A stretch of 64,000 nt of DNA from Verrucomicrobiota bacterium (GCA_027622665.1 JAQBYT010000001.1:96001-160000), one strand, 5' to 3'. Positions 41,351 to 52,331 are shown, counted from the first letter of the stretch. The notes: generated by a model from the sequence alone, not told the origin. Numbers and translations are program-made.

Positions 41351-42705
41351 TTTCCAATGCAGAAGGAGTTAAAGAGACGGTCGAGCATATCCTCATTGTC
41401 CGTCTTGCCCACGATTTCTCCGAGAGCACCGATACCGGAAGTGATTTCAATAAGTGAAAATTCAATGGACATATTTTCCAGAAGTAATCGATGAGCCTCT
41501 CGTAAAAAGTCTCCCGATATAGCAAGATTTACAGCATGCCGTGCATTCACGATCATGCATTCCTCCGACGGTGAAGGAATGAGTTTTTGCATCATCTGCT
41601 CTATCGCCGTTCTACAATCATCCAGTCCTTCACTCGTTTCGATAGAGAGCCGTAAATGCTTAAAATCAGGAAGAAAGCTATGGAAATTCTTGCTGTCATC
41701 GAGATCGATTTTGTTTTCTAAAACAAGACAGTTTTCTGTATTAATATTTTCGACGAGGAGCTTACTAACAGACTCAGGAGAGGGTAGGGAGCTATCCAAG
41801 ACAAAAAGAAAGCAGTCCGCCTCCTCCGACAATTGAAGCGTACGCTCGATGCCTAAACGTTCCACTGACGAACCACCTTCGCAAAGGCCCGCGGTGTCCA
41901 TCATCTCAACCACAAAAGGACCGACTTCGATTCGACTGGAAAGATAGTCCCGAGTTGTTCCACTCTCCTCACTTACGATAGCTCGGTCCTCGCCGCAGAG
42001 AAGGTTGTACAAGCTACTTTTACCGGCATTGGGTGATCCCACGATCAGGCATCTGATTCCTGCCTCAAGCAACTGGGCGCAACCTGCGGATTGCGAAAGG
42101 TGATCTACCTCCGCAATAAGAGTGGCCAAAGTGGAAGACGGACCCTTCATGTCTTCCGCTGGAAGGTCTTCTTCAGGAAAATCAATATATGCCTCGAGAT
42201 TTGCCTGAAGGTCGAGCAATCTCGCCTGGAGGTCTCTGATCTTTTTTCCGAGGTCTCCGCGGAGTTGGATTCGGGCTACTTCAAGAGCTCGATCACTGGA
42301 AGCTTTGATGAGGGTTGCTACTGATTCAGCCTGCGTCAAATCCATGCGACCCGAGAGAAATGCTCGTTTAGTATATTCCCCAGGCTCAGCCAAACGGCAA
42401 CCACGGGCAACTAAGTCCTCAATTATCTTCTTGGTTATCAGTGGGTTGCCATGTGAGCTAATTTCCAAAGAAGCTTCGCCCGTATAAGAATTGTGTTCCT
42501 CGTAGAATACAAAAATTACATCATCTATTAGCAGTTCGTTAATATCCCGATATCCAGCAAGGCTTGCCCGACGAGGGATAGGGTAGGGGACTCGAAGCGC
42601 ATCCTTGCACAATTTCTGGCAAAATGCTCCACTTACCCGAACGACTGCTATTGCTGATTCTCCAATCGGCGTCGCAGCCGCAACGATCGAATCGTTCGCG
42701 GACAC
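41347..42705 (-). CDS. mnmE: tRNA modification GTPase MnmE (TrmE)
   Basis: [54 protein letters not shown]-terminal FCIGK; probable GTG start 42705 (or 42717). Confidence 0.96.
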   Translation of the reverse strand: MSANDSIVAAATPIGESAIAVVRVSGAFCQKLCKDALRVPYPIPRRASLAGYRDINELLIDDVIFVFYEEHNSYTGEASLEISSHGNPLITKKIIEDLVARGCRLAEPGEYTKRAFLSGRMDLTQAESVATLIKASSDRALEVARIQLRGDLGKKIRDLQARLLDLQANLEAYIDFPEEDLPAEDMKGPSSTLATLIAEVDHLSQSAGCAQLLEAGIRCLIVGSPNAGKSSLYNLLCGEDRAIVSEESGTTRDYLSSRIEVGPFVVEMMDTAGLCEGGSSVERLGIERTLQLSEEADCFLFVLDSSLPSPESVSKLLVENINTENCLVLENKIDLDDSKNFHSFLPDFKHLRLSIETSEGLDDCRTAIEQMMQKLIPSPSEECMIVNARHAVNLAISGDFLREAHRLLLENMSIEFSLIEITSGIGALGEIVGKTDNEDMLDRLFNSFCIGK

Positions 42706-42723
42706 TTGTCGGATCAACCTTTC

Positions 42724-43782
42724 TTAGGATTTGTTGGCAGGATCGCTTTGCGCGAGAACCGAACCAACGGTGACCTGAACCTTTTCGAGAATCGATTTCG
42801 TCAGCTTAGCCATAAGTTCGGGGTTCTCGGACAAAGCCTGCTTGGCCGCCTCACGTCCTTGTCCGACGAGTTCTCCCTCGTAGGAAATCCAAGATCCCTT
42901 CTTCTCGAGGATTTGATGTTCTACGCCAAGGTCGACAACGGAACCCGTGCGAGAAATGCCCTCGTTGTACATGATGTCGAACTCACAGGCCGTAAAGGGC
43001 GGTGCTACTTTGTTCTTAACTATTTTCACGCGAGTTCGTGAACCGGTGACCGTGCCATTGGATTCCTTGATTTGGCCGATGCGGCGAATATCCATGCGCA
43101 CGGAACAGAAAAACTTGAGGGCACGTCCACCGGGCGTGGTTTCGGGACTACCGAACATCACGCCTATTTTCTCTCGAATTTGGTTGGTGAAGATGCAAAC
43201 GCATTTAGATTTGGCGATTGCAGCCGTGAGCCTACGCATGGCTTGGCTCATCATGCGGGCTTGCAAACCCACCGTGGTGTCACCCATTTGGCCATCCAAC
43301 TCTTGTCGTGGCACCAGTGCCGCGACCGAATCCAGAACGATGACGTCGATAGCACCCGACCGGATTAGAGTTTCGGTAATGTTGAGTGCGTCTTCACCAC
43401 TCTGTGGTTGCGAAATCATAAGGTTGTCTAGGTCCACGCCAACTATCTTGGCATATCTTGGGTCGAGAGCATGTTCAACGTCAACGAATACGGCATTTCC
43501 ACCTTGGCGCTGTGCTTCCGCTATGACACTGAGGCAAAAAGTAGTCTTGCCCGAGGACTCGGGGCCATAAATCTCTACGGTCCGTCCTCTTGGCAGTCCA
43601 CCTGCACCCAAGGCTAGATCAATGGCTAAGGAGCCAGTCGAAATCACGGAAACATTCATCTTGGTGGCGTCCCCAAGGCGCATCAAGGCTCCCTCGCCAA
43701 ACTTCTTGTTAATACCGGAAATGGCGAGATCAAGATCGGGGTTGCCGGTAGAAGATGTTTCTTTAGTTGCTGCCTTCGCCAT
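42724..43782 (-). CDS. recA: Recombinase RecA
   Basis: [56 protein letters not shown]. Confidence 0.98.
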   Translation of the reverse strand: MAKAATKETSSTGNPDLDLAISGINKKFGEGALMRLGDATKMNVSVISTGSLAIDLALGAGGLPRGRTVEIYGPESSGKTTFCLSVIAEAQRQGGNAVFVDVEHALDPRYAKIVGVDLDNLMISQPQSGEDALNITETLIRSGAIDVIVLDSVAALVPRQELDGQMGDTTVGLQARMMSQAMRRLTAAIAKSKCVCIFTNQIREKIGVMFGSPETTPGGRALKFFCSVRMDIRRIGQIKESNGTVTGSRTRVKIVKNKVAPPFTACEFDIMYNEGISRTGSVVDLGVEHQILEKKGSWISYEGELVGQGREAAKQALSENPELMAKLTKSILEKVQVTVGSVLAQSDPANKS

Positions 43783-43811
43783 AATGAAAGGGGGTAGTTG
43801 GAAATTTAATT

Positions 43812-43825
43812 TGGATACATGAACA
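43812..43825 (-). promoter_or_regulatory. Possible degenerate Verrucomicrobia-type LexA box upstream of recA
   Basis: Minus strand TGTTC-ATGT-ATCCA versus the TGTTC-N4-GAACA consensus; only one perfect half-site, overlapping a putative -10 region. Confidence 0.3.
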
Positions 43826-43966
43826 TGTGACGTTGCCTCTCGGAAGCAAGATGTTTTGAAAAAATTCTTCGGTTAGTTTAAACTAATCTTACAAAAGGCA
43901 AGGGGTCGGAAGGATAAAGCCGAGTAAACCCAACAGGGTAGGGGGGGAATTCTACACGCATGAAAT

Positions 43967-45430
43967 CTAAGCTATTAAATCGTACACGACCTTGCCGTGA
44001 ACATCGGTTAGGCGATATTTTCGACCTTGGAATTTGTAGGTGAGTCGTTCGTGATCGAGACCAAGGAGATAAAGTATAGTCGCTTGAAGATCGTGTATGT
44101 GCACCTTGTCTCTAGCCACGCGGAAACCAAGGTCATCACTGGCTCCATGAACATATCCAGACTTTACGCCACCACCTGCGAGCATCATAGTGTATACGTC
44201 TGGAAAATGGTCGCGACCTAGGTTTTTGCTCCCCGCGGTACGCCCTTCCCTAAAAGGCGTTCGACCGAATTCACCTCCCCAAACGATTAAGGTGTCTTCA
44301 AGGAGACCTCGTCCTTTTAGATCACGTATAAGGGCGGCAACGGGCTTGTCCATAGTGGAACATTTTTTTCTGAGACCATTTCCCAAAGCTTCACCAGGAC
44401 CAGTGCCGTGAAAGTCCCAACCCCAGTCAAAGAGATGGACGAAACGAACACCTTGCTCGACCAATCGACGAGCCAAAAGGCAATTGTTTGCCAAACTAGT
44501 AGCCCCCGGTTGAGCACCATAAGACTCGAGGACATGCTTCGGCTCCTTGCCGATATCCATAACTTCGGGCACCGAGGTCTGCATACGGAAGGCCATCTCG
44601 TATTGGGCCATTCGCGTGATGGTTTCTGGACTTCCAAGCTCTGCTGACTGTATTCGATTGAGATCGTTGAGGGCGTCCAAACCGGCTCTTCGAAGATCAC
44701 GACTCATGCCTTTGGGGTCAGAGACGTAGAGAACAGGATCCCCCTGGGAACGGCATTGAACCCCTTGGAAGACGCTCGGGAGGAAACCGTTTCCGAATGA
44801 ATTTTTTCCGCCATTGGGTTGAACGCCGCTGGAAATAAGAGCGACAAAGCCAGGCAAGTTCTGGTTTTCAGAACCCAGTCCATAAGTTACCCAGGAGCCC
44901 ATACTTGGCCGGCCGGCCCTAGGGCTTCCTGTGTAAAGCAGAAGCTCGGCGGGGGCATGATTGAATTGATCCGTGGTCATTGACTTGATAAATGTCAGGT
45001 CATCGGCTAACTTTGCCAACTCGGGAACAGCATCAGAGAACCACAAACCATTGGCGCCATGTCGTGTGAATTCGTGAGGTGTACCCATGAGCTTGGGGAC
45101 ACCCGATGTGAAAGCAAATCGCTTTCCCTTGAGGTATTCGTCGGGACAATTTTCTCCTTCCCGTCGTTGAAGTTCTGGCTTATAGTCAAACAGGTCGAGA
45201 ACTGGAGGAGAGCCCGTCATGTGGAGATAAATAACTCGTTTGGCCTTTGCTGGAAAATGGGTGTCGCGTGGAAGTTGTGGCGTAGTGGGATCGTAAGAAA
45301 CATCAGCGTTCAATTGCCTTCTGCCAAGAAGAGCTCCCATCGCGATTCCCCCAAGACCGATACCCGTAGAACCAAGAAATTGGCGTCGAGTGTTTAGGAG
45401 TATATTTTCTATATCAGGCTCAGAACTCAT
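43967..45430 (-). CDS. DUF1501 family protein (Tat-exported)
   Basis: TRRQFLG, AKRVIYLHMTGSP..LDLFDYKP, GEFGRTP, GRDH, HDLQATIL. Confidence 0.92.
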   Translation of the reverse strand: MSSEPDIENILLNTRRQFLGSTGIGLGGIAMGALLGRRQLNADVSYDPTTPQLPRDTHFPAKAKRVIYLHMTGSPPVLDLFDYKPELQRREGENCPDEYLKGKRFAFTSGVPKLMGTPHEFTRHGANGLWFSDAVPELAKLADDLTFIKSMTTDQFNHAPAELLLYTGSPRAGRPSMGSWVTYGLGSENQNLPGFVALISSGVQPNGGKNSFGNGFLPSVFQGVQCRSQGDPVLYVSDPKGMSRDLRRAGLDALNDLNRIQSAELGSPETITRMAQYEMAFRMQTSVPEVMDIGKEPKHVLESYGAQPGATSLANNCLLARRLVEQGVRFVHLFDWGWDFHGTGPGEALGNGLRKKCSTMDKPVAALIRDLKGRGLLEDTLIVWGGEFGRTPFREGRTAGSKNLGRDHFPDVYTMMLAGGGVKSGYVHGASDDLGFRVARDKVHIHDLQATILYLLGLDHERLTYKFQGRKYRLTDVHGKVVYDLIA

Positions 45431-45453
45431 TCTTTATTTAAATATAATTATAT

Positions 45454-48400
45454 TTATCTTTTAAGGAAAACTTCGTCTAAATTAAGCAAAACATTTCCGA
45501 CCAAGGTCCATGCGGCAAGTTCGACAGGATTGCCGTCGACCGGCAGTGGCCCGATGGGATCAGTGGCCATTAGATTCGCGGCATTTAAATCGTCGGCGTA
45601 GGTGCTTCGGACTAGTTGATAGAGAGCGAGAAGACGCTGAATTTCGGCGGGCTTTGGGCGACGGGTAAGACAAAGGCGAAAACCACGAGCAATTTTTGCC
45701 TCGAGCGACTCACCAGTTTTGTCCATGAGTCGAGCCAAGGCTTGGGCAGCCTCAACGTAAACGGGATCATTCATAGTGACGAGGGCTTGTAGAGGAGTAT
45801 TGGTGGGAGTTCGTCGCACATTACAAACAAAACGATTTGGAGCATCAAACATAGCCATGGAAGGGTAGGGATTTGATCTACGCCAATTGACGTAGATGCC
45901 TCGGCGGAACTTATCCTCGCCTGCGCTGGTTTTCCAGTCCAAGCCCGGACCGAAAGCGGCGTTGAGTCCAAGTTTGGGTTGAGGTGGCTTGACGGATGGC
46001 CCAAACATCTTGCGGCTCAGAAGTCCCGAAGCGGCAAGTGCATGGTCGCGCACCATCTCCGCGGACAATCGTTGCCGGGATCCTCGACTTAAAAGTTCAT
46101 TGAAGGGATCTTTATCGGTTCGATTCTCGTTCACTTTGGAGGATTGCCGATAGGTTGCGGAAAGCGCGATAGTCTTGACCAAGGCTTTCAAGTCCCAGTT
46201 TAGGCGAACCAATTCAGTGGCAAGCCAATCAAGAAGTTCGGGGTGCGTGGGTAGTTCTCCCTGAGAACCAAATTCCTCGCTCGTTCGTACAATACCTCGC
46301 CCAAACAGGGCTTCCCAGTATCGATTAGCTACCACGCGAGCAGTCAGAGGATTTTCATCGGATGCTATCCAACGAGCCATGCCCAGACGATTCATTTTCT
46401 CGCCATCGGGTAACGGATGAAAAGCTGATGGCAGTCCCTCGGTCACTTCCTTGCCCTTGGACAAGAAGTTTCCTCTGATTTGAATGTGGGTCTTGCGATG
46501 CTTGTTCACATCCAGCTCTTTCATGATTGGAACTGTCGTCATGGGCTTCATTTGAAGAGCACTGGCAGAGTGTTCCGCCAACTCCTTTTCGGCCTTTTTC
46601 ACTTCGGGGCTACCGCTTGAGTAAAAAGACCGGAGCTTTTCATGATGAGCGGGTGAACGATCTTCCTCCGCCAGCGACAGGATGGCGAAGACATCATTGG
46701 GCAGAGCCTTTTCGAGTTTTGGCAAGGATCCGTAGAGCCAAAAGATTTCTTCGGGAATTGTTTGGGCAAAAGATGGACTTGTAACGCGAATTTTCATGCC
46801 CGATTTCTGACTGAGGTCACCAATGAATCGAAAGACGCCTTTCCCCTTGGAATTAGGGAGGGGTAGGGCAGTAATTGTTTCTGCTCCATCGAGTGCGAGG
46901 GAATGAGAGGGTTTGGGAGTCTTTGTGACCTCCTGACTCCAAACTGGACGTCTTTTGGCATCAAGTAGATCGATCCGGAACTTCTTGAGGCGGTCCGCCG
47001 TCGCACCGTCCATTCTGTTCCATATCGCCACCTTGTCGATGTGACTGTCCTTGCCCAAGTCCAATTCCCACCAAGGGTTGTCGGCTTGGTCTGTATGAAA
47101 AACGCTTTTGTTTAAATAATTTCCGTCGACATTTCCGTCGTTGCCGTACTTGGCAGGGCCATCGAAGCCAGTGCTGATCTGGGTGGCCTTTCCTTTAAGG
47201 GCAAGGTTTTCCTTACCTGCGAAGACTTGCACCTCTGCCAAATGCAGGTATCCTCCTTTGGTTAAATTAGTCACTCTAAGAAACCGACCCATCTTGCCGA
47301 CTTCTCCTGCTTTCGGGTAAAGTTGAAAATCCACCTTTGTGACATTGGGTAACTGAATGCCCGTCAAAGGTGTTGCCGGTACGATGACGTCGATGCTGTC
47401 TTTACTTTTGGAGATATATTCCATCTCGGTTTTCTGCAGGGGAAGTGAGAAGCTTTTCTGCCATGCAAGGAAATCTTCGGGGATACGCAGCTTGAGGGTG
47501 GCTATCTTCTTCTCCAGTTCGGCAATCTTGAAATTTTGTTCTTCCATGAGCTTTTCTTGATCCGCCGAAAACGCTTTGTGGGTGGGACTCTCGTCACGGC
47601 GGTCGGCGTCGGCGGTGTTGTTCAGGATAGCGAAAAATTGAAAGTACTCTTCCTGAGAAATGGGATCGTACTTGTGGTCGTGGCACTGGGCACAGGCGAT
47701 GGTCGTACCCATCCACGTGGTCATGGTGGTGTTGACGCGGTCCACAATCGCAACATTCCGAAATTCCTCATCATTGGTGCCTCCTTCGTTGTTGGTCTGG
47801 GTGTTGCGGTTGAAAGCCGTGGCAATCAATTGATCGTCTGTTGGATTTGGAAGCATGTCTCCCGCTAACTGTTCGATGGTGAATTGGTCGAAGGGCATGT
47901 TGCGGTTGAAGGCGCGAATCACCCAATCCCTGTAGCCCCATATGGTACGAGGTTGGTCATCTGCGTATCCGGCGCTATCGGCGTAGCGGGCGAGATCCAA
48001 CCACTGTCTAGCCCAGTGCTCGCCATAGGCGTCGGAACCTAGTAGTCGGTCGATCAACTTTTCGTAGGCTTTGGGCGAAGAATCCCTGGCAAAGGCATCA
48101 GCTTCCTCGGGCGTCGGAGGAAGACCCGTAAGATCGAGGGATAATCTGCGAATTAGGGTGAGGAGGTCGGCTTGTTCCGTTGGGCGAAGGGCCGCTGCAT
48201 CAAGTTTGGCCAGTATGAAGCGATCGATATCGTTTCTTGGCCAAGTTTTGTCTGTTACTTCAGGCAATTTCGGCCGCATCGGCGGCTTGTAAGCCCAATG
48301 CGGCTCGAACTCGGCTCCATCTGCAATCCATTGCCTCAGGGTCTCCTTCTGTTCCTTTGTCAGAAAACGCTTTGTTTCCGGAGGAGGCATCACCTCGTCG

Positions 48401-48750
48401 GGATCAGTAATAAAAATCCGGGCAATCAATTCACTCGTATTGGGGTTTCCAGGGACAACCGCCCGCATGCCGCCTCGTTCCTCGGTGGAGGAGCTGTCAT
48501 CAAGTCTAAGCTTAGCCTTGCGAGCATTGGCGTCAGGACCGTGACATTCAAAGCAATTTTCCGAAAGAATCGGCCTAACATCACGGTTGAACGTCACTTT
48601 CGCCATTGCACTAGACTCCGACTGGACGAGGCAGTGTACAATTAGCAATACATTAAAGACCAACCTTTGCATGAGATCACTCTTAGGAATACTGTCTGCC
48701 TTATCTAAGCAAACTTTTCCGTGAGCCAAAACACTCTTTTTTGAAAACAA
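45454..48750 (-). CDS. PSD1 / planctomycete cytochrome c protein (DUF1549/DUF1553) with F5/8-type/fucolectin-like insert
   Basis: FNRDVRPILSENCFECH, WARQWLDLARYAD, CAQCHDHKYDP, LAEVQVF..ENLAL...ATQ.S, FHT....PWWELDLG, IWNR, TNTPLQAL; start probably 48672. Confidence 0.9.
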   Translation of the reverse strand: MFSKKSVLAHGKVCLDKADSIPKSDLMQRLVFNVLLIVHCLVQSESSAMAKVTFNRDVRPILSENCFECHGPDANARKAKLRLDDSSSTEERGGMRAVVPGNPNTSELIARIFITDPDEVMPPPETKRFLTKEQKETLRQWIADGAEFEPHWAYKPPMRPKLPEVTDKTWPRNDIDRFILAKLDAAALRPTEQADLLTLIRRLSLDLTGLPPTPEEADAFARDSSPKAYEKLIDRLLGSDAYGEHWARQWLDLARYADSAGYADDQPRTIWGYRDWVIRAFNRNMPFDQFTIEQLAGDMLPNPTDDQLIATAFNRNTQTNNEGGTNDEEFRNVAIVDRVNTTMTTWMGTTIACAQCHDHKYDPISQEEYFQFFAILNNTADADRRDESPTHKAFSADQEKLMEEQNFKIAELEKKIATLKLRIPEDFLAWQKSFSLPLQKTEMEYISKSKDSIDVIVPATPLTGIQLPNVTKVDFQLYPKAGEVGKMGRFLRVTNLTKGGYLHLAEVQVFAGKENLALKGKATQISTGFDGPAKYGNDGNVDGNYLNKSVFHTDQADNPWWELDLGKDSHIDKVAIWNRMDGATADRLKKFRIDLLDAKRRPVWSQEVTKTPKPSHSLALDGAETITALPLPNSKGKGVFRFIGDLSQKSGMKIRVTSPSFAQTIPEEIFWLYGSLPKLEKALPNDVFAILSLAEEDRSPAHHEKLRSFYSSGSPEVKKAEKELAEHSASALQMKPMTTVPIMKELDVNKHRKTHIQIRGNFLSKGKEVTEGLPSAFHPLPDGEKMNRLGMARWIASDENPLTARVVANRYWEALFGRGIVRTSEEFGSQGELPTHPELLDWLATELVRLNWDLKALVKTIALSATYRQSSKVNENRTDKDPFNELLSRGSRQRLSAEMVRDHALAASGLLSRKMFGPSVKPPQPKLGLNAAFGPGLDWKTSAGEDKFRRGIYVNWRRSNPYPSMAMFDAPNRFVCNVRRTPTNTPLQALVTMNDPVYVEAAQALARLMDKTGESLEAKIARGFRLCLTRRPKPAEIQRLLALYQLVRSTYADDLNAANLMATDPIGPLPVDGNPVELAAWTLVGNVLLNLDEVFLKR

Positions 48751-48871
48751 AAAGGCATGTAAATGAATTAAACCTTCTTATAAAAAAACATGCGAGTACT
48801 TAGATATTCGTTGAACCATTTACCTTGAAGGGCTATGCAAATTTTAAGTAATTCCTAGAAGAGGATAATAT

Positions 48872-50278
48872 ATGCTGACCATACTCGACAAATTGCCAAA
48901 TCAAACCTGCGAAGGTTTTGGTCGGAGAGAATTTCTAAAGGCGGGAGCATTAGGTATCGGAGGTCTTACCTTGTCTGGCTTGCTACAGGCGAAGGCCGCT
49001 GGACTCGCTGCCGGCAAGCCTTTGAGGAACAAGTCCGTGGTACTGCTTTTTCTGCAGGGTGGTCCACCTCACATCGAGTTTTTCGATCCTAAGATGACCG
49101 CTCCAGATGAGTACAGAAGCATTACAGGTGAGATTCCCACAAATATTCCTGGCGTCACCTTTGGTTCCACCTTTCCAAAACTGGCCAAGATGACAGACAA
49201 ACTTGCCGTTGTTCGTTCTTATCAGTCTCGCAATGGAGGACACACCTATCTTTCGGTAACCAGCGGCGGGAACGAATTGAAAGCTGCCACCAGTGCCGTT
49301 TGCGCCAGAATCCTTGGTACTAATGATGTACGAACCGGCATGCCAAACAACGTATTGGTTCTGCCGGAAGCCGTGCAAGACGGCATACATCTAGGGAGCA
49401 ATTTCGAGACCTCGGCTCTTCCCTCCTTGACGGATCCAGGTAGCCTTGGGTCCACCTATTCCGCCTTTAATCCAGCAGGTGGTGGTACGGCTAAGGAAAA
49501 TATGGAGTTGAGTATAGCTCCTGAACGACTTTCCGATCGAAAAAGCCTTCTCGGTGGCCTAGATTCAATTAAACGGAACATCGATGCCGACGGATCCCTC
49601 GAAAGTGCTGATCACTTTAGCCAACAAGCCTTTGATGTTATTACAAAAGGAGTTGGCTCTGCATTCGATCTTTCTAAAGAAGATCCAAAAACCTTGGAGA
49701 GATACGATACCAGACCGCTTTTTGATGCCCGTGAGCTACAGCGATGGGGTGATATGCGACGAGCCACCAATTTGCTCGGACTGCAAATGCTTATGGCTCG
49801 CCGCCTCTGTGAAACAGGTTGTGCATTCGTGACCGTCTCCGACTGCGGTTGGGATTATCATGCCAACAACAACAGCCCCAAAGGCATGACGGGCATATAC
49901 CCAATGGGAAACCAAGTCGACCATGCCGTATCCGCTTTCGTACAGGATATTCACGATCGAGGTCTTTCCGACGATGTTCTGCTTCTTGTCACTGGCGAAA
50001 TGGGACGATCCCCTAAACTGAATAATAACGGTGGACGGGATCACTACGGAGATATGACCTCACTTCTCGTTGCCGGCGGCGGATTAAACATGGGGCAAGT
50101 CATAGGAGAATCCGATGCCACTGCATCAAAACCAGCCAGCAGACCTTACGGCCCGGAAAACCTAACAGCTACCATTCTCCACCACCTCTTCGATCTTGGC
50201 CAACTTCGCCTAGTTGACGGTCTCCCCGACGAAATCCTCGCAATGTCGAACAACCAGCCAATCGCCGAATTATTCTAG
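48872..50278 (+). CDS. DUF1501 family protein (Tat-exported)
   Basis: GRREFLKAG, FLQGGPPHIEFFDPK, WDYH, GEMGRSP, GRDHY. Confidence 0.9.
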   Translation: MLTILDKLPNQTCEGFGRREFLKAGALGIGGLTLSGLLQAKAAGLAAGKPLRNKSVVLLFLQGGPPHIEFFDPKMTAPDEYRSITGEIPTNIPGVTFGSTFPKLAKMTDKLAVVRSYQSRNGGHTYLSVTSGGNELKAATSAVCARILGTNDVRTGMPNNVLVLPEAVQDGIHLGSNFETSALPSLTDPGSLGSTYSAFNPAGGGTAKENMELSIAPERLSDRKSLLGGLDSIKRNIDADGSLESADHFSQQAFDVITKGVGSAFDLSKEDPKTLERYDTRPLFDARELQRWGDMRRATNLLGLQMLMARRLCETGCAFVTVSDCGWDYHANNNSPKGMTGIYPMGNQVDHAVSAFVQDIHDRGLSDDVLLLVTGEMGRSPKLNNNGGRDHYGDMTSLLVAGGGLNMGQVIGESDATASKPASRPYGPENLTATILHHLFDLGQLRLVDGLPDEILAMSNNQPIAELF

Positions 50279-50477
50279 ATTAGGAGCTGTTCTCGCTAAG
50301 ACTAAATTGCAACTATCTAAAGTGAATGTAAATCGATTGATAGTTTGCCTTCATTAAATGACCATTAGCACTCGTTGAGAAACCAGTGAAAACTATCTCG
50401 GTGAATGCCGTTGAAATTGGCTATCTTGACTGCTGCTAGCCAGAAGGCGAATGAAATAGAGCGACCAAGGCTTCTCA

Positions 50478-50918
50478 TTACTTATTGCCAATGTCACCTG
50501 CACAATTTTGGCACCGAGTCCAAGCCGTAGTACCATCAGCAAAAAATTCCTTTTTCCAGATGGGGACACGGCTCTTGATTTCGTCGATAACATAACGACA
50601 AGCGTCGAACGCTTCCCCGCGATGAATGGCTGAAACTCCAACCCAAACTGCGACTTCTTTGAGATCCAACAATCCTACCCTATGTACAGAGCGAACATCC
50701 TTAATGGGAAATTGATCGAGGGCTTCATGAATAATCCGACGACCTTCTAGAATAGCAAGTTCAGCATACGCTTCGTATTCTAGCCGAAGAACTGCTTTTC
50801 CTTCATTGTAATCACGTACCCAGCCTTCGAAAGCAACAAATCCTCCGCAGTCTTGGCTCATCATCCCTTGACGAAGAAAGTCAACTGCTATGGGTGTGGA
50901 AGAGAGATCGAATAACAT
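50478..50918 (-). CDS. moaE: Molybdopterin synthase catalytic subunit
   Basis: GGFVAFEGWVR, LEYEAY, HRVG.L, HRGEAF, K.RVPIWKKE. Confidence 0.95.
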   Translation of the reverse strand: MLFDLSSTPIAVDFLRQGMMSQDCGGFVAFEGWVRDYNEGKAVLRLEYEAYAELAILEGRRIIHEALDQFPIKDVRSVHRVGLLDLKEVAVWVGVSAIHRGEAFDACRYVIDEIKSRVPIWKKEFFADGTTAWTRCQNCAGDIGNK

Positions 50919-50944
50919 CTTAAATTTGTATATGACGGGAAATG

Positions 50945-51208
50945 TCAGCCTCCGGCCACGGGGGGGATAAAGACGATTTCATCACCGTCCGCCAAAGAGC
51001 AGTCCAAGTCTACGAAGTCCCCGTTACAGGCAACGCGAATGAATTCCTTTTCTAAATCAAAACCCTTCTCCTCCTTGATTTCACCATACAACTCTTCAAC
51101 GGTAGTGGAGGTGGTTTCTCGTTCCTCGCAACTAATGCCCGCATGCTCTCTCAAGATAGCAAAATATCGGAGGCGGACTTGTCGAACTAGAGGTTCGGGA
51201 GGGCTCAT
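50945..51208 (-). CDS. moaD: Molybdopterin synthase sulfur carrier
   Basis: YFAILRE, C-terminal PPVAGG. Confidence 0.93.
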   Translation of the reverse strand: MSPPEPLVRQVRLRYFAILREHAGISCEERETTSTTVEELYGEIKEEKGFDLEKEFIRVACNGDFVDLDCSLADGDEIVFIPPVAGG

Positions 51209-51801
51209 CGCCGGGAGAAGGTGTGAACGGCTTCCTCGTAGTCCTCGGGCGTGTTAACATTGTCCAGAGCTCTAGGGTTTACAGGATCTAGTAAAAGAGG
51301 TTCGGTCTGCATAAGGATTTTGCGAGGGCAGCGGATATCGTTGGCAAAGAAATCCTCCAGAACAAGGCGTGCATGAGCTTCATAGATGGTGCAAAGGGGT
51401 TCTGGTTTCCCGTCATATGAACTCCTATAAGCTGTCGCCATCTTAGTCGGATCGCGTTGGGCTAACAAATTGTCGAGAGTTATTCCGTCAAGGAAGGGAA
51501 GATCACAGGCGATTACGAGCCAAGCTGCCTCCGGATGTTCTGTCATGGCGGAAAGGATACCGATCAGTGGACCGGCACTTTCCCAACGGTCATGAACGAC
51601 ATTTAAATTGTCCAAGCCGGTCGCATTGTTTTGCCCTTTTCGCAAAGAAAGAAAAATTTCCGCGCAACGAGACCGAAGCAATTCAGCAGCAAGTTCGGGT
51701 TGTGTGGTGCCTGCGTACCTAATGGAAGATTTATCCTTTCCCATCCTGCTACTACATCCACCCGCAAGAAGCAGTCCGTGTGGGGGAGGGGGAAAGCTCA
51801 T
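51205..51801 (-). CDS. mobA: Molybdenum cofactor guanylyltransferase
   Basis: LLAGG.SSRMG.DK, GPL.GI, ACDLP, EPLC, NVNTPED. Confidence 0.92.
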   Translation of the reverse strand: MSFPPPPHGLLLAGGCSSRMGKDKSSIRYAGTTQPELAAELLRSRCAEIFLSLRKGQNNATGLDNLNVVHDRWESAGPLIGILSAMTEHPEAAWLVIACDLPFLDGITLDNLLAQRDPTKMATAYRSSYDGKPEPLCTIYEAHARLVLEDFFANDIRCPRKILMQTEPLLLDPVNPRALDNVNTPEDYEEAVHTFSRR

Positions 51802-52292
51802 GCCTTTGTCTCTTCGGAACAGTATTTGCTTTTGCCGCCCGTTTTCTCGATCAGTTTGGTCTCTCCAATTACGATTTCATGTGAAAGGGCTTTGCACATG
51901 TCGTAAACCGTTAGTGCCGCAACAGAGCATCCCACCAAAGCTTCCATCTCCACGCCCGTCTTGTGAGTCGCCTTTACTCGACACTCTACGATAATCCTTC
52001 GGGCTCCCTTACGACAAAGCTTGATATTCACTGAGTCTAACGGGATGAGGTGACAGAGAGGAATCAGGTCAGCAGTTTTCTTGGCAGCCTGTGTCCCCGC
52101 GATGACCGCGACATCAAAAATTGAACCTTTTGAGGATCGCATACCTACGCAATCCAGTGCTTCGGCAACTTCCTGCGGAAGCTCTATAATTGTCCGTGCA
52201 AGAGCTCTTCTCTCCGTGCTCACCTTACACCCAACATCCACCATTTGGGGCGAAGAGCTTTTGTCCAGATGAGTGAACTCAGAAAACGGCAT
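51798..52292 (-). CDS. moaC: Cyclic pyranopterin monophosphate synthase MoaC
   Basis: FTHL, MVDV, LIPLCH, TGVEMEAL, YDMCKA, KTGGKS. Confidence 0.96.
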   Translation of the reverse strand: MPFSEFTHLDKSSSPQMVDVGCKVSTERRALARTIIELPQEVAEALDCVGMRSSKGSIFDVAVIAGTQAAKKTADLIPLCHLIPLDSVNIKLCRKGARRIIVECRVKATHKTGVEMEALVGCSVAALTVYDMCKALSHEIVIGETKLIEKTGGKSKYCSEETKA

Positions 52293-52331
52293 TTCCGATG
52301 ATAATGAGATAAGCTTTTATAAGCCTAAGAA

